Source: Candidatus Methylomirabilia bacterium
Lineage (GTDB): Bacteria > Methylomirabilota > Methylomirabilia > Rokubacteriales > CSP1-6
Reading direction: 5' to 3'
Length of the DNA: 19,299 bases
NCBI GenBank assembly: GCA_041496385.1
Contig: JBGQEL010000082.1
Coordinates: forward strand, 1-19,299
The notes beneath the pieces were generated by a model. The model was not told the DNA's origin. It saw nothing but the letters and a program-made list of their open reading frames with translations, and searched no databases. Both the position numbers and the translations under genes were made by a program. This document shows positions 1 through 8,213 of this stretch, piece after piece (the stretch's first letter is position 1; the number at the start of each line of letters is the position of its first letter).

Positions 1-58
1 CGTGGTCCCGGTGGACAATCCGGCGCGGCTTTACGCGTTTTGCCTGCCGATGCGCTGA
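1..58 (+). CDS. 3' end of an upstream CDS (partial, unidentified)
   Basis: The frame from position 2 reads VVPVDNPARLYAFCLPMR-TGA(56-58). Too short to identify. Confidence 0.35.
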   Translation, partial: VVPVDNPARLYAFCLPMR

Positions 59-98
59 CGAGCGTCTGAAATATTGGACATTCCCGTGGCGTCCGGGA

Positions 99-126
99 TT
101 CGCTACCAGGGATGGAGTGATAGACT
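99..126 (+). promoter_or_regulatory. putative sigma70-type promoter with extended -10
   Basis: TGaTAGACT at 118-126 (TGn-TAnnnT) lies 10 nt before ATG 137; weak -35 candidate TTCGCT at 99-104. Confidence 0.35.
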
Positions 127-136
127 TCCGGGCAGG

Positions 137-694
137 ATGGAGCCCATGCCGAGCCGGGTCGTCCTCACGTACCGCGATTTCGAGGTCTTGCCGGCCGACG
201 GCCGCCGCTACGAGCTGCACGAGGGGGAGCTGTCCGTGACCGTCGCCCCCGGCACGCGGCATCAGCGGCTCGTCGGTCGCCTCTTCATGCTTCTACAAGA
301 GTATGTGGATGCGCACGGGCTCGGCGAAGTCTTCGTCTCGCCGATCGACTGCGTCTTGAGCGACACGACGATCCTCGAGCCCGACCTCGTCTTCGTAGAA
401 TCCGGCCGCGCGTCGATCGTGAGCGCGCGTGGAATCGAGGGGCCGCCGACGCTGGCGATCGAGATCCTGTCACCCTCGACCTTCCAGCTCGACCGGGGCC
501 CGAAGCTCCAGCTCTACGCGCGCTACGGCGTGCCTTACTACTGGATCGTCGACCCCGAAGCTCGCGGTGTCGAGGCCTACACGCTGACCGGTGGCGTTCA
601 CCAGCTCACGATGCGCCTCGCCGGGGCCGACCGCGGCGCGTTGCCGCCGTTTGCCGGGCTCCCGATCGACGTGTCTACGCTCTGGCCCCGATGA
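137..694 (+). CDS. Uma2 family (DUF820) PD-(D/E)xK endonuclease-like protein
   Basis: Typical motifs LTYRDF..LP.DGRRYEL.EGEL, HQ, EPDL, IEILSPS, DRGPKL.LYARYGVPYYWIVDP. Start likely ATG 137 or 146 rather than TTG 74. Confidence 0.92.
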   Translation: MEPMPSRVVLTYRDFEVLPADGRRYELHEGELSVTVAPGTRHQRLVGRLFMLLQEYVDAHGLGEVFVSPIDCVLSDTTILEPDLVFVESGRASIVSARGIEGPPTLAIEILSPSTFQLDRGPKLQLYARYGVPYYWIVDPEARGVEAYTLTGGVHQLTMRLAGADRGALPPFAGLPIDVSTLWPR

Positions 695-2034
695 CACCAC
701 GAATGAACATCGACTGGACGGCGCTCGGCGACGAGACGGTGGACCTGCTCCGTCGCTACCTGATGATCGACACCACCAACCCGCCGGGCCGGGAGATCGA
801 GGGGACGCGGTTCCTTGCCGCCGTGCTCGAGCGCGACGGTGTCGCGAGCGAGACGGTCGAGTCGGCGCCGGGCCGCGCCAATCTCGTGGCGCGCCTGCGC
901 GGCGACGGCTCGCTGCCCGGCATCGTGCTCCACCACCACGTCGACGTCGTCTACGCCGACCGGCGCTATTGGTCGGTGGATCCGTTCGGCGGCGTGATCC
1001 AGGACGGCTTCCTCTACGGCCGCGGCGCGCTGGACATGAAGTCCACCGGCATTCTCCAGCTCGCGGCCGTGCTCGCGCTCAAGCGCGCGAAGGTCCCACT
1101 GAAGCGCGATCTCGTCTTTCTCGCGACGGCGGACGAGGAGGCGGGGAGCCAGTACGGCGCGCAGTTCGTCGCCGACCATCACCGGCACTGGCTCGCCGGC
1201 TCGGAGTACGCGCTCTCGGAGCTCGGCGGCGTCCAGCAGCTGCCCGGCCTGACGGCACCGCTGGGCGCCATCGTCATCTCGGAGAAGACGGGGTTGCCGC
1301 TGCGGCTCACGGCGCGGAGCGAGCCGGGCCACGGCTCCATGCCCTGGCCCGACACGGCCCCGCACCGGCTGGTGCGGGCGCTGAACCGGCTCCTCGAGGC
1401 CGAGCGCGCGCCGCGCGTGCTGCCAGAGGTCCAGGAGTTCTTCTCGCGCCTGGCGAGCGTGATGCCCGCCGGCCGCGGGGAGGGCTTCGACGATCTCGAG
1501 GGCAGCCTGCGCGATCCGAAGTTCCGTGCGCGCTTCTTCGCCGACCGGCACTTCGCCGCCATGGTGCGGACGACCTTCGCGGTCAACATCCTCGGCGCGA
1601 GCGAGAAGCTCAACGTCATCCCGCCCGAAGCCCGGGCCGAGATCGACTGCCGCATGCTCGCGGGCGACGACCCCGAGGAGATCGCCGGCTGGGTGCGACG
1701 CGTCATCGCAGACGAACGGGTCGAGGTCGAGATCGTGCGCGAGCCCAAGGTCCCGAACCTCTCGCCGGCCGACACCGAGATGTACAAGTCGCTCGCCGGC
1801 GCGCTCCGGCGCCGCGTGCCCAACGTGGTCGTCGCGCCGGAGATCCTCGTGGCCTTCACGGACAACTGGGTGTTCCGCCGCTGCGGGCTCCACGCCTACG
1901 GCTGGAGCCCCTTCGTCCTCGACGAGAGCGAGTGGTCGCGCATCCATGGCAACGACGAGCGCCTCTCCCTCGAGAACATCCGGGAAGGCGCGCGCTGCTA
2001 CACCGAGATGCTGCTCGAGATGGCGGGGGCCTAG
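691..2034 (+). CDS. M20/M25/M40 family metallo-amidohydrolase (aminoacylase/carboxypeptidase-like)
   Basis: Metal-ligand motifs HVDVV, YGRGALDMK, ADEEAG, GHGS, RIHG.DER. ATGA overlap with the Uma2 stop; alternative start ATG 703. Confidence 0.92.
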   Translation: MTPRMNIDWTALGDETVDLLRRYLMIDTTNPPGREIEGTRFLAAVLERDGVASETVESAPGRANLVARLRGDGSLPGIVLHHHVDVVYADRRYWSVDPFGGVIQDGFLYGRGALDMKSTGILQLAAVLALKRAKVPLKRDLVFLATADEEAGSQYGAQFVADHHRHWLAGSEYALSELGGVQQLPGLTAPLGAIVISEKTGLPLRLTARSEPGHGSMPWPDTAPHRLVRALNRLLEAERAPRVLPEVQEFFSRLASVMPAGRGEGFDDLEGSLRDPKFRARFFADRHFAAMVRTTFAVNILGASEKLNVIPPEARAEIDCRMLAGDDPEEIAGWVRRVIADERVEVEIVREPKVPNLSPADTEMYKSLAGALRRRVPNVVVAPEILVAFTDNWVFRRCGLHAYGWSPFVLDESEWSRIHGNDERLSLENIREGARCYTEMLLEMAGA

Positions 2035-2522
2035 CGATTCCGGCGCGCGGGCTCAGCATCCGCCGAGCCACCCGGCGCGACGTCCCGACGATCCTCCGGC
2101 TGATCCGCGGCCTGGCCGAGTACGAGCGCCTGGCCCACCAGATGGAAGCCACGGCCGCGCAGATCCGCCGGCACGGCTTCGGCCGGCGCCGCTACTTCGA
2201 GACGCTGATCTGCCGGCGCGGGCGCGCGCCGATCGGCTTCGCGCTCTACTTCTTCACGTTCTCGACCTTTCTCGGCCGGCCCACGCTCTACCTGGAGGAT
2301 CTCTTCGTCCTTCCCGAGGAGCGCGGGAACGGCGCCGGCAGGGCGCTCCTGCGCGCGCTCGCGCGCATCGCGGCGCGCCGCGGCTGCGGCCGGATGGAGT
2401 GGGCCGTCCTCGACTGGAACTCGCCCTCGATCCGTTTCTACCGGAAGCTCGGCGCCAGGCTCCGGAAGGAATGGATCCTGACGCGGCTGACCGGGGCCCC
2501 CCTGCGGCGGCTCGGCCGCTGA
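2031..2522 (+). CDS. GNAT N-acetyltransferase, diamine/spermidine acetyltransferase (SSAT)-like; start codon uncertain
   Basis: C-terminal part of ORF 591..2522: IRRAT..DV..IL.LI..LAEYE, FSTFLGRPTLYLEDLFVLPEERGNGAG, MEWAVLDWNSPSIRFY. No ATG/GTG/TTG at the expected start. Confidence 0.88.
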   Translation, partial: LAIPARGLSIRRATRRDVPTILRLIRGLAEYERLAHQMEATAAQIRRHGFGRRRYFETLICRRGRAPIGFALYFFTFSTFLGRPTLYLEDLFVLPEERGNGAGRALLRALARIAARRGCGRMEWAVLDWNSPSIRFYRKLGARLRKEWILTRLTGAPLRRLGR

Positions 2523-2546
2523 CGCGCGGCCGGCGGCGCCCCGCCC

Positions 2547-3266
2547 TCAGAGGGCGAGGAGGTCGTGGCGGAGCGCGTCGTCCTCCCGCAGGCGCGCGGC
2601 GGGCCCGCTGAAGCGGATCGCGCCCTTCTCGAGCACGTAGACGCGATCGGCGAGGGCGAGCGAGAAATCGACGTTCTGCTCGGCCAGCAGGATCGTCAGC
2701 CCGTCGCGCTTGAGACGCGCGACCTGCTCCTGCAGGTGGTCGACGACGAGCGGGGCGAGCCCCTCCGACGGCTCGTCGAGCAGCAGCAGCTCGGGGTTGC
2801 CCATGAGCGTGCGCGCGATCGTGAGCATCTGCTGCTCGCCGCCCGAGAGGAAGCCGCCCTGGCGGCCCGCGAGCTCCCCGAGCTTGGGGAAGAGGTCGAG
2901 GACGCGCTCGACGGTGAAGCCGGGCGTGTTCCCCGACGCCGCACGGCTGGCGACGTCGAGGTTCTCCCAGACGGTGAGGTCGGCGAAGATCCTCCGGTCC
3001 TCGGGCACGAAGCCGAGGCCCGCGCGCGCCACCCGGTACGGTGGCCAGCCCGTGATGTCCACGCCCTTCCAGACGATCCGGCCGGCGTTCGGCGGCGTCA
3101 GGCTCATGACGGACCGCATCGTCGTCGTCTTCCCGACGCCGTTCCGCCCGAGGAGGCATACGCACTCGCCGGCGCCGACCTCGATGGACACGCCGAAGAG
3201 CACGCGCGAAAGGCCGTATGCCGTGTGGATCTCGCGGACCTCGAGGACGGGCGCCGCGCCCGTCAC
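2547..3266 (-). CDS. livF: branched-chain amino acid-type ABC transporter ATP-binding protein (LivF-like)
   Basis: Walker A GRNGVGKTT, signature LSGGEQQM, Walker B LLLLDEPSEGL, EQN. GTG 3266 overlaps the livG stop (GTGA). Confidence 0.93.
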   Translation of the reverse strand: MTGAAPVLEVREIHTAYGLSRVLFGVSIEVGAGECVCLLGRNGVGKTTTMRSVMSLTPPNAGRIVWKGVDITGWPPYRVARAGLGFVPEDRRIFADLTVWENLDVASRAASGNTPGFTVERVLDLFPKLGELAGRQGGFLSGGEQQMLTIARTLMGNPELLLLDEPSEGLAPLVVDHLQEQVARLKRDGLTILLAEQNVDFSLALADRVYVLEKGAIRFSGPAARLREDDALRHDLLAL

Positions 3267-4000
3267 CGCCGCTCTCCAAGGTAGACGCGCCGCACCTCGG
3301 GGTCGTTGCGGACCGCGGTGGGGGCCCCCTCGGCGATCACGTGTCCCTGGTGGAGCACGGTGATCTGCTGGGCGATCGAGAAGACGACCTCCATGTCGTG
3401 CTCGGTGAAGAGGAGCGTGAGCCCGCGCTCGCCGACGATGCGGCTGATGAGCCGGATCGTGTCGCGCGTCTCCGCCGCGGACATTCCGGCGGTCGGCTCG
3501 TCCAGCAGGAGGAGGCGCGGCTCGCTCGCGAGGGCGATGCCGAGCTCGAGCTGCTTCTGCGCGCCGTGGGAGAGGAATCCGCTCATCTCCCCGGCGCGCT
3601 CGACCAGGCCGAGCGAGGCGAGGAGGGCCTCGGTCTCCTCGCGATAGAGACGGTCGACGCGGGTGAAAAGGTCGAGGCCGCGGCGCCGGTGCGAGATGAG
3701 CGCCGCCTGCACGTTCTGGAACACGGTCAGCCGCGGGAAGATGTTGGTCCGCTGAAAGGAGCGCCCCATCCCGAGCCGGCACACCTCGTGGGGCGGCACG
3801 CCCGTGATGTCGCGGCTCTCCAGGAACACGGCCCCCGCGTCCGGACGGAGGTGGCCGGTGATGAGGTTGAAGAGCGTCGTCTTTCCGGCGCCGTTCGGGC
3901 CGATGATCGCGGCGATCTGGCCGCGCGGCACCCGCAGGCTGACGCCGGCGACGGCCTGGAAGCCGTCGAATGCCCGCCGGACGTCGCGGACCTCAAGCAC
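3263..4000 (-). CDS. livG: branched-chain amino acid-type ABC transporter ATP-binding protein (LivG-like)
   Basis: GPNGAGKTT, RSFQ, LSHG, LLLLDEPTAGM, EHDM, C-terminal VRRVYLG. Confidence 0.93.
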   Translation of the reverse strand: MLEVRDVRRAFDGFQAVAGVSLRVPRGQIAAIIGPNGAGKTTLFNLITGHLRPDAGAVFLESRDITGVPPHEVCRLGMGRSFQRTNIFPRLTVFQNVQAALISHRRRGLDLFTRVDRLYREETEALLASLGLVERAGEMSGFLSHGAQKQLELGIALASEPRLLLLDEPTAGMSAAETRDTIRLISRIVGERGLTLLFTEHDMEVVFSIAQQITVLHQGHVIAEGAPTAVRNDPEVRRVYLGERR

Positions 4001-4964
4001 GGCGGACCCGCGTCAGCCGGCGCGCGGCGGCGTCGAGCGCGCCGACGATGCCGCCCGGGAAGACGAAGAGCAGCACGATCAGGATCGTGCCGAGGATGAA
4101 CGGCCAGTACTCGGTGTAGGACGTGATCTGCTGGTTCAGGACGAGCAGGACCAGCGCGCCGACCGCGGGGCCGTAGAAGTGCCCGATGCCTCCGAGGATG
4201 GTCATGATCAGCACCTCGGAGGACTTCGACCAGTACGCGAAATCCGGGAAGACGCCGCGGTTGAAGATGCCGAACAGCCCGCCCGCGAGGCCCGCGAACG
4301 CGCCGGCGATGACGAAGGCGAACAGCTCCCAGCGCCGCACGTTCACGCCGATGAACTCTGCGCGCTCCGGGTTCTCGCGGATGGTGGTGAGGATGCGACC
4401 GAACGGCGAGCCGACGATCCGCCGGAGGAGCCAGAGGCACGCGGCGACCAGCACGACCGTGAGCAGGTAAAAATGATCGCTCGTGCGGAGCTGGCCGGCG
4501 AGCGGCAGACGTTCCATCCACGCGAGGTCCGGGTAGGGGATCTCGGGCATGCCCTGCTCGCCGCCGGTCACGTCGTTCCACTTGAAACAGATGGCCCAGA
4601 CGATCTGGGCGAAGGCGAGCGTCAGCATCGCGAAGTAGATCTTCGTCAGACGCACGCAGAAGAAGCCGAAGACCAGGGCGAAGATCGCGGCAAGCACTCC
4701 CGCCGCGGGGAACGCGAGCACGAACGGTATGGCGGCCTTCTTCATGAGGATGCCGGTCGTGTAGGCGCCGATCCCGAAGTACGCGGCGTGACCGAAGGAG
4801 ACGAGGCCCGTGTACCCGAGCAGCAGGTTCAGGCTGACCGCGAAGAGGGCCAGGATCGCCACGTCGGTGGCGACGAAGGTGTAGAAGCGCGAGCCCGCGG
4901 CCGGGACGAGGAGCGCCACGACCACGGCGAGCGGTGCCCACGGGATCCGCCGCAGGCCGCTCAC
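3993..4964 (-). CDS. livM: ABC transporter permease (LivM-like)
   Basis: SLNLLLGYTGLVSFGHAAYFGIGAY, YFAMLTLAF, TGGEQG, SPFGR.L..IREN..RA, ILGG.G.FYGP. GTG 4964 overlaps the livH stop. Confidence 0.92.
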   Translation of the reverse strand: MSGLRRIPWAPLAVVVALLVPAAGSRFYTFVATDVAILALFAVSLNLLLGYTGLVSFGHAAYFGIGAYTTGILMKKAAIPFVLAFPAAGVLAAIFALVFGFFCVRLTKIYFAMLTLAFAQIVWAICFKWNDVTGGEQGMPEIPYPDLAWMERLPLAGQLRTSDHFYLLTVVLVAACLWLLRRIVGSPFGRILTTIRENPERAEFIGVNVRRWELFAFVIAGAFAGLAGGLFGIFNRGVFPDFAYWSKSSEVLIMTILGGIGHFYGPAVGALVLLVLNQQITSYTEYWPFILGTILIVLLFVFPGGIVGALDAAARRLTRVRRA

Positions 4965-5848
4965 GACTTCAGGGGGCGCCCGAGCAGGCCCCAGGGCCGG
5001 AGGATCAGGACGACCGCCATCAGTGCGAACACGGAGAAGATCGAGAAGCGCGGGAAGATGAGGATGCCGAACGAGAGCACCTGGCCGTAGATCAGCGCGC
5101 CGAGGAACGTGCCCCAGAATGAGCCGAGGCCGCCGATGACGACGACGATGAACGCCTCGACGATGATCTCGACGTCCATGCCCGGGACGATCGTCTTGAC
5201 GGGCGTGACGAGCGCTCCACCGAGGCCCGCGAGAAACGAGCCGAGGACGAACACGCCCGTGTAGAGCCGGCTGACGTTGACACCGAGGGCCCCGAGCATC
5301 TCGCGGTCGAGCGCCGCGGCGCGGATGAGCCGGCCGGCCCGCGTACGGTTCAGGCCGAGCCAGAAGGCGAACGCGATGCCGGGGCCGAGCAGGAGGATGA
5401 AGAGGTTGTAGTAGGGAACCAGCGTGCCGAAGAGCCGGAAGGCCCCGGCGAGCCCCGGTGGCCGCGACACCGAGAGCTGCTGGGTGCCCCAGAAGACCTT
5501 CGCGGCGTCCGAGACGATCAGGACGAGCGCGTAGGTGAAGAGGAGCTGGTAGAGCTCCTCCTTGCCGTAGAGATGACGGAGCAGGAGCCGCTCGACGAGG
5601 CCGCCGAGCACGGCGACGCCGACCGCCGCACCGGCGACGGCCCACCAGAAGCTCGACGGACCGCGCCCGAGCGACTGGACGGTCTGGAACGCCAGGTAGG
5701 CGCCGAGCATGTAGAACGAGCCGTGGGCGAAGTTCAGTACGCGGAGCACGCCGAAGATCAGCGACAGCCCCGAGGCGATGAGGAAGAGGAACATCGCCGC
5801 GGTGAGGCCGCTCAGCGACTGCGCGAACAGGAACGACGGGTCAGGCAA
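4961..5848 (-). CDS. livH: ABC transporter permease (LivH-like)
   Basis: LIASGLSLIFGVLRVLNFAHGSFYMLGAY, GR.IRA, AFIVVVIGGLGS, RPWGLLG. TTG start. Confidence 0.92.
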   Translation of the reverse strand: MPDPSFLFAQSLSGLTAAMFLFLIASGLSLIFGVLRVLNFAHGSFYMLGAYLAFQTVQSLGRGPSSFWWAVAGAAVGVAVLGGLVERLLLRHLYGKEELYQLLFTYALVLIVSDAAKVFWGTQQLSVSRPPGLAGAFRLFGTLVPYYNLFILLLGPGIAFAFWLGLNRTRAGRLIRAAALDREMLGALGVNVSRLYTGVFVLGSFLAGLGGALVTPVKTIVPGMDVEIIVEAFIVVVIGGLGSFWGTFLGALIYGQVLSFGILIFPRFSIFSVFALMAVVLILRPWGLLGRPLKS

Positions 5849-5860
5849 GGATCAACGCGT

Positions 5861-7054
5861 CTAGTCCATGAATTTTGTGGGATCGACGTACGTGGCCGGC
5901 TTCATGATCGCGAACGGGTACTTCGGGTCTTTCACCGTCTTGCCGTAGATCTGCGCCCGGTTCGCCTGATGATCCTTCTCCCGGATGGTCAGCTTTCCAT
6001 GCGGGGTGTCGATCGTGAGCCCGAGCAGCGCCTTGGCGACCTTGTCGGAGTCCGTGCTGTTCGCCTTCTTGATCGCCTCGGCGAGCGCCAGCATGCCGAT
6101 GTAGCCCTGGATCGCCCACGACGATGGATACTCGTCCTTCAAGTACTTGCTGACGCGCGCGACGTAGTCGCGGTGCGCGGGCGGCCCGTCCGTCCAGTAG
6201 AAGGCGTCGTAGGAGTTGCCCCAGATGCCCACTGGGTAGTCCGCGCCCATCGCCTTCGTGCTCTCGGGCGACGCGGCCTCGCCGGCGCCGAAGAAATTGT
6301 ACTTGATCGCGTCGAAGTACCCGAGCGGCTTCGCCTGCTTCGCGAAGGTCACGAAGTGGCCGCCCCAGAGCGACGAGAAGACGGCGTCCGGCTTCTTCGC
6401 CATCTGGGCGTTGATGAACGGCGTGTAGTCCGCCTCCCCGAGCTTCGGCCACTGCTGGTCGACGATCTCGATCCCGGGCTTGACCTTCTTGATGTGCTCC
6501 ACGAAGGTCCTGGTCACGTCCTGGCCGTAGGCGTAGTCCGGACTGATCGTGGCCACCCGCTTGACGTTCCAGCCGGCGATGAGCTCGGCCGCCGTCCGCC
6601 CCTCGATCGTCGTCGTGGACGCGACCCGGAAGACGTAGGGATGGAGCTTGTCGGGGGCGGTGAGCTGATCGGTCTTCGGGATCGGCGCGATGAAGACGAT
6701 CTTGTTCTCCTTCGCGACGACCGACACCGCCGGGCCCTCGGCCGAGGTGAGCGTGCCCACGAGGAAGTCGACGTTGTCCTTGAGGATGAGCTCGCGGGAG
6801 ACCCTCACCGCCTCGTCCGCGTTGCCCTTGGTGTCACGCACGACCAGCTCGATCTTCCGTCCCAGCACGCCGCCCTTCGCGTTCAGCTCGTCGACGAACA
6901 TCTGGGCGCCCTTGGAGGCCGGCTCGCCGAAGAGCGCGCCGGGGCCGGACATGATCATCGGGAAGCCGACCCTGATGGGCTTCTGCGCGTCGGCCGGCGG
7001 CGGGACGAGCAGGACCAGCGCGAGCAGTGCGGCCAGAACCATGCGGCGTTGCAT
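5861..7054 (-). CDS. ABC transporter substrate-binding protein (LivK/PBP type 1 family)
   Basis: Signal peptide MQRRMVLAALLALVLLVPPPADA; ELNAKGGVLGRKIELVVRD, DYAYG, DYTPFI. SD AAGGAGG precedes ATG 7054. Confidence 0.92.
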   Translation of the reverse strand: MQRRMVLAALLALVLLVPPPADAQKPIRVGFPMIMSGPGALFGEPASKGAQMFVDELNAKGGVLGRKIELVVRDTKGNADEAVRVSRELILKDNVDFLVGTLTSAEGPAVSVVAKENKIVFIAPIPKTDQLTAPDKLHPYVFRVASTTTIEGRTAAELIAGWNVKRVATISPDYAYGQDVTRTFVEHIKKVKPGIEIVDQQWPKLGEADYTPFINAQMAKKPDAVFSSLWGGHFVTFAKQAKPLGYFDAIKYNFFGAGEAASPESTKAMGADYPVGIWGNSYDAFYWTDGPPAHRDYVARVSKYLKDEYPSSWAIQGYIGMLALAEAIKKANSTDSDKVAKALLGLTIDTPHGKLTIREKDHQANRAQIYGKTVKDPKYPFAIMKPATYVDPTKFMD

Positions 7055-7088
7055 GCAGACCTCCTTCATGGCGTGAGGGAACGGGTCG

Positions 7089-7931
7089 TCAGAAAACCGG
7101 GCAGCCCGGAAGCTTCCGGCGAATCCGGTAGAGCGACGTGGACGCGGTGATGAACAGCGACCGATAGTCCTCGTCGCCCCAGGCGAAGTTCGCGGTGCGC
7201 TCGGGCACCTCGAGAATCTCGAGCAGGTTGGCCTCGGGGTCGAACACGTGGATGCCGCCCGGGCCGCAGCAGTAGACGTTGCCGGCGGTGTCGAGCTTCA
7301 TGCCGTCGGGCGCGCCGGGCTTGTCGCCCTTCGTCTCGGCCCAGAGGCGGCCGTTCGTGAGCGCGCCGGTCGGCGTCACGTCGAAGACGCGGATGTGCTT
7401 GCGCGCGGTGTCGTTGATGAAGAGCCGCCGCTCGTCGAGCGAGAAGCAGAGGCCGTTGGGCCGGTCGAAGTCGTCGACGAGCAGCTCGGACGACGCCGGA
7501 TCGGCGCCGACCCGGTAGACGCCCTGGAACGCGAGCTCCTGCGGCCGCTCCACGCCGTAGAACTTCGCCCGGCCGTAGGGCGGATCGCTGAAGTAGATGC
7601 CACCGTCGCTCCGGCAGACGATGTCGTTCGGGCTGTTCAGCTCCTTGCCGCGGTAGTGGGTCGCGAGCGGCAGGATCCGCCCGTCGGGCTCCGTGCGGGT
7701 GACGCGGCTCGTCGCGTGCTCGCAGGCGAGCAGCCGGCCCTGCCGGTCGTAGGTGAGGCCGTTGGACATGCTGCACGGCTTGCGGAACGTCGTGATGCCA
7801 TCCCGCGCCGACCAGCGCCGCATGTGGTCGCCGGGCATGTCGCTCCAGAGCAGGAACCCGCCCGTCGGGTGCCAGACGGGCCCCTCCGTGAAGAGGAAGC
7901 CCGCGCCCAGCTTCTCGAAGGGTTCGCTCAC
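7089..7931 (-). CDS. SMP-30/gluconolactonase/LRE family protein
   Basis: FTEGPVW, SNGL, LNSPND, IYFSDPPYG, PNGLCFS, PDGMKLDTAGNVY. GTG 7931 overlaps the tautomerase stop. Confidence 0.92.
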   Translation of the reverse strand: MSEPFEKLGAGFLFTEGPVWHPTGGFLLWSDMPGDHMRRWSARDGITTFRKPCSMSNGLTYDRQGRLLACEHATSRVTRTEPDGRILPLATHYRGKELNSPNDIVCRSDGGIYFSDPPYGRAKFYGVERPQELAFQGVYRVGADPASSELLVDDFDRPNGLCFSLDERRLFINDTARKHIRVFDVTPTGALTNGRLWAETKGDKPGAPDGMKLDTAGNVYCCGPGGIHVFDPEANLLEILEVPERTANFAWGDEDYRSLFITASTSLYRIRRKLPGCPVF

Positions 7932-8119
7932 TTCTTGACGGGCTGCCCCGGCTTGCCGGCCGCGAACCAGTCGGCGGGCGGGACGTCCTCGAAGACGATC
8001 CACACCGCCTCGCGCGGCACCTTGCACACGTCCGTGATGGTGTCGGTCACGCGCCGCGCGATCTCGTCCTTGCGCTCCTTGCCGTGGCCCTCGTAGAGAC
8101 GGATGTTGACGAACGGCAT
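7928..8119 (-). CDS. 4-oxalocrotonate tautomerase family protein (63 aa)
   Basis: MPFVNIRLYEG...K.EIARRVTD...VWIVFEDVPPADW; Pro1 follows the Met. SD GGGAGG upstream of ATG 8119. Confidence 0.9.
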   Translation of the reverse strand: MPFVNIRLYEGHGKERKDEIARRVTDTITDVCKVPREAVWIVFEDVPPADWFAAGKPGQPVKK

Positions 8120-8160
8120 GGTGATTGTCCTCCCGTCGGCGTCAGTGGGAAAGCGCGCAC

Positions 8161-8189
8161 ACACTACCACGCCGCCGCCGACCCGCCAA
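8161..8189 (-). promoter_or_regulatory. putative sigma70 promoter for the tautomerase-lactonase-ABC operon
   Basis: Minus strand: -35 TTGGCG (8189-8184), 17-nt spacer, extended -10 TG-G-TAGTGT (8169-8161). Confidence 0.5.
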
Positions 8190-8213
8190 GCGGGGCGCGC
8201 TCAGGGTGGTATC

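Noticed and set aside
2..694. Read-through from the upstream fragment (TGA 56-58) into the in-frame Uma2 ORF
   Set aside because: No redox motif at the UGA and no evident SECIS; the intervening sequence looks like a promoter region.
591..2030. Long N-terminal extension of the 643-aa GNAT ORF
   Set aside because: Off-frame shadow of the M20 gene; only the last ~163 aa are GNAT-like.
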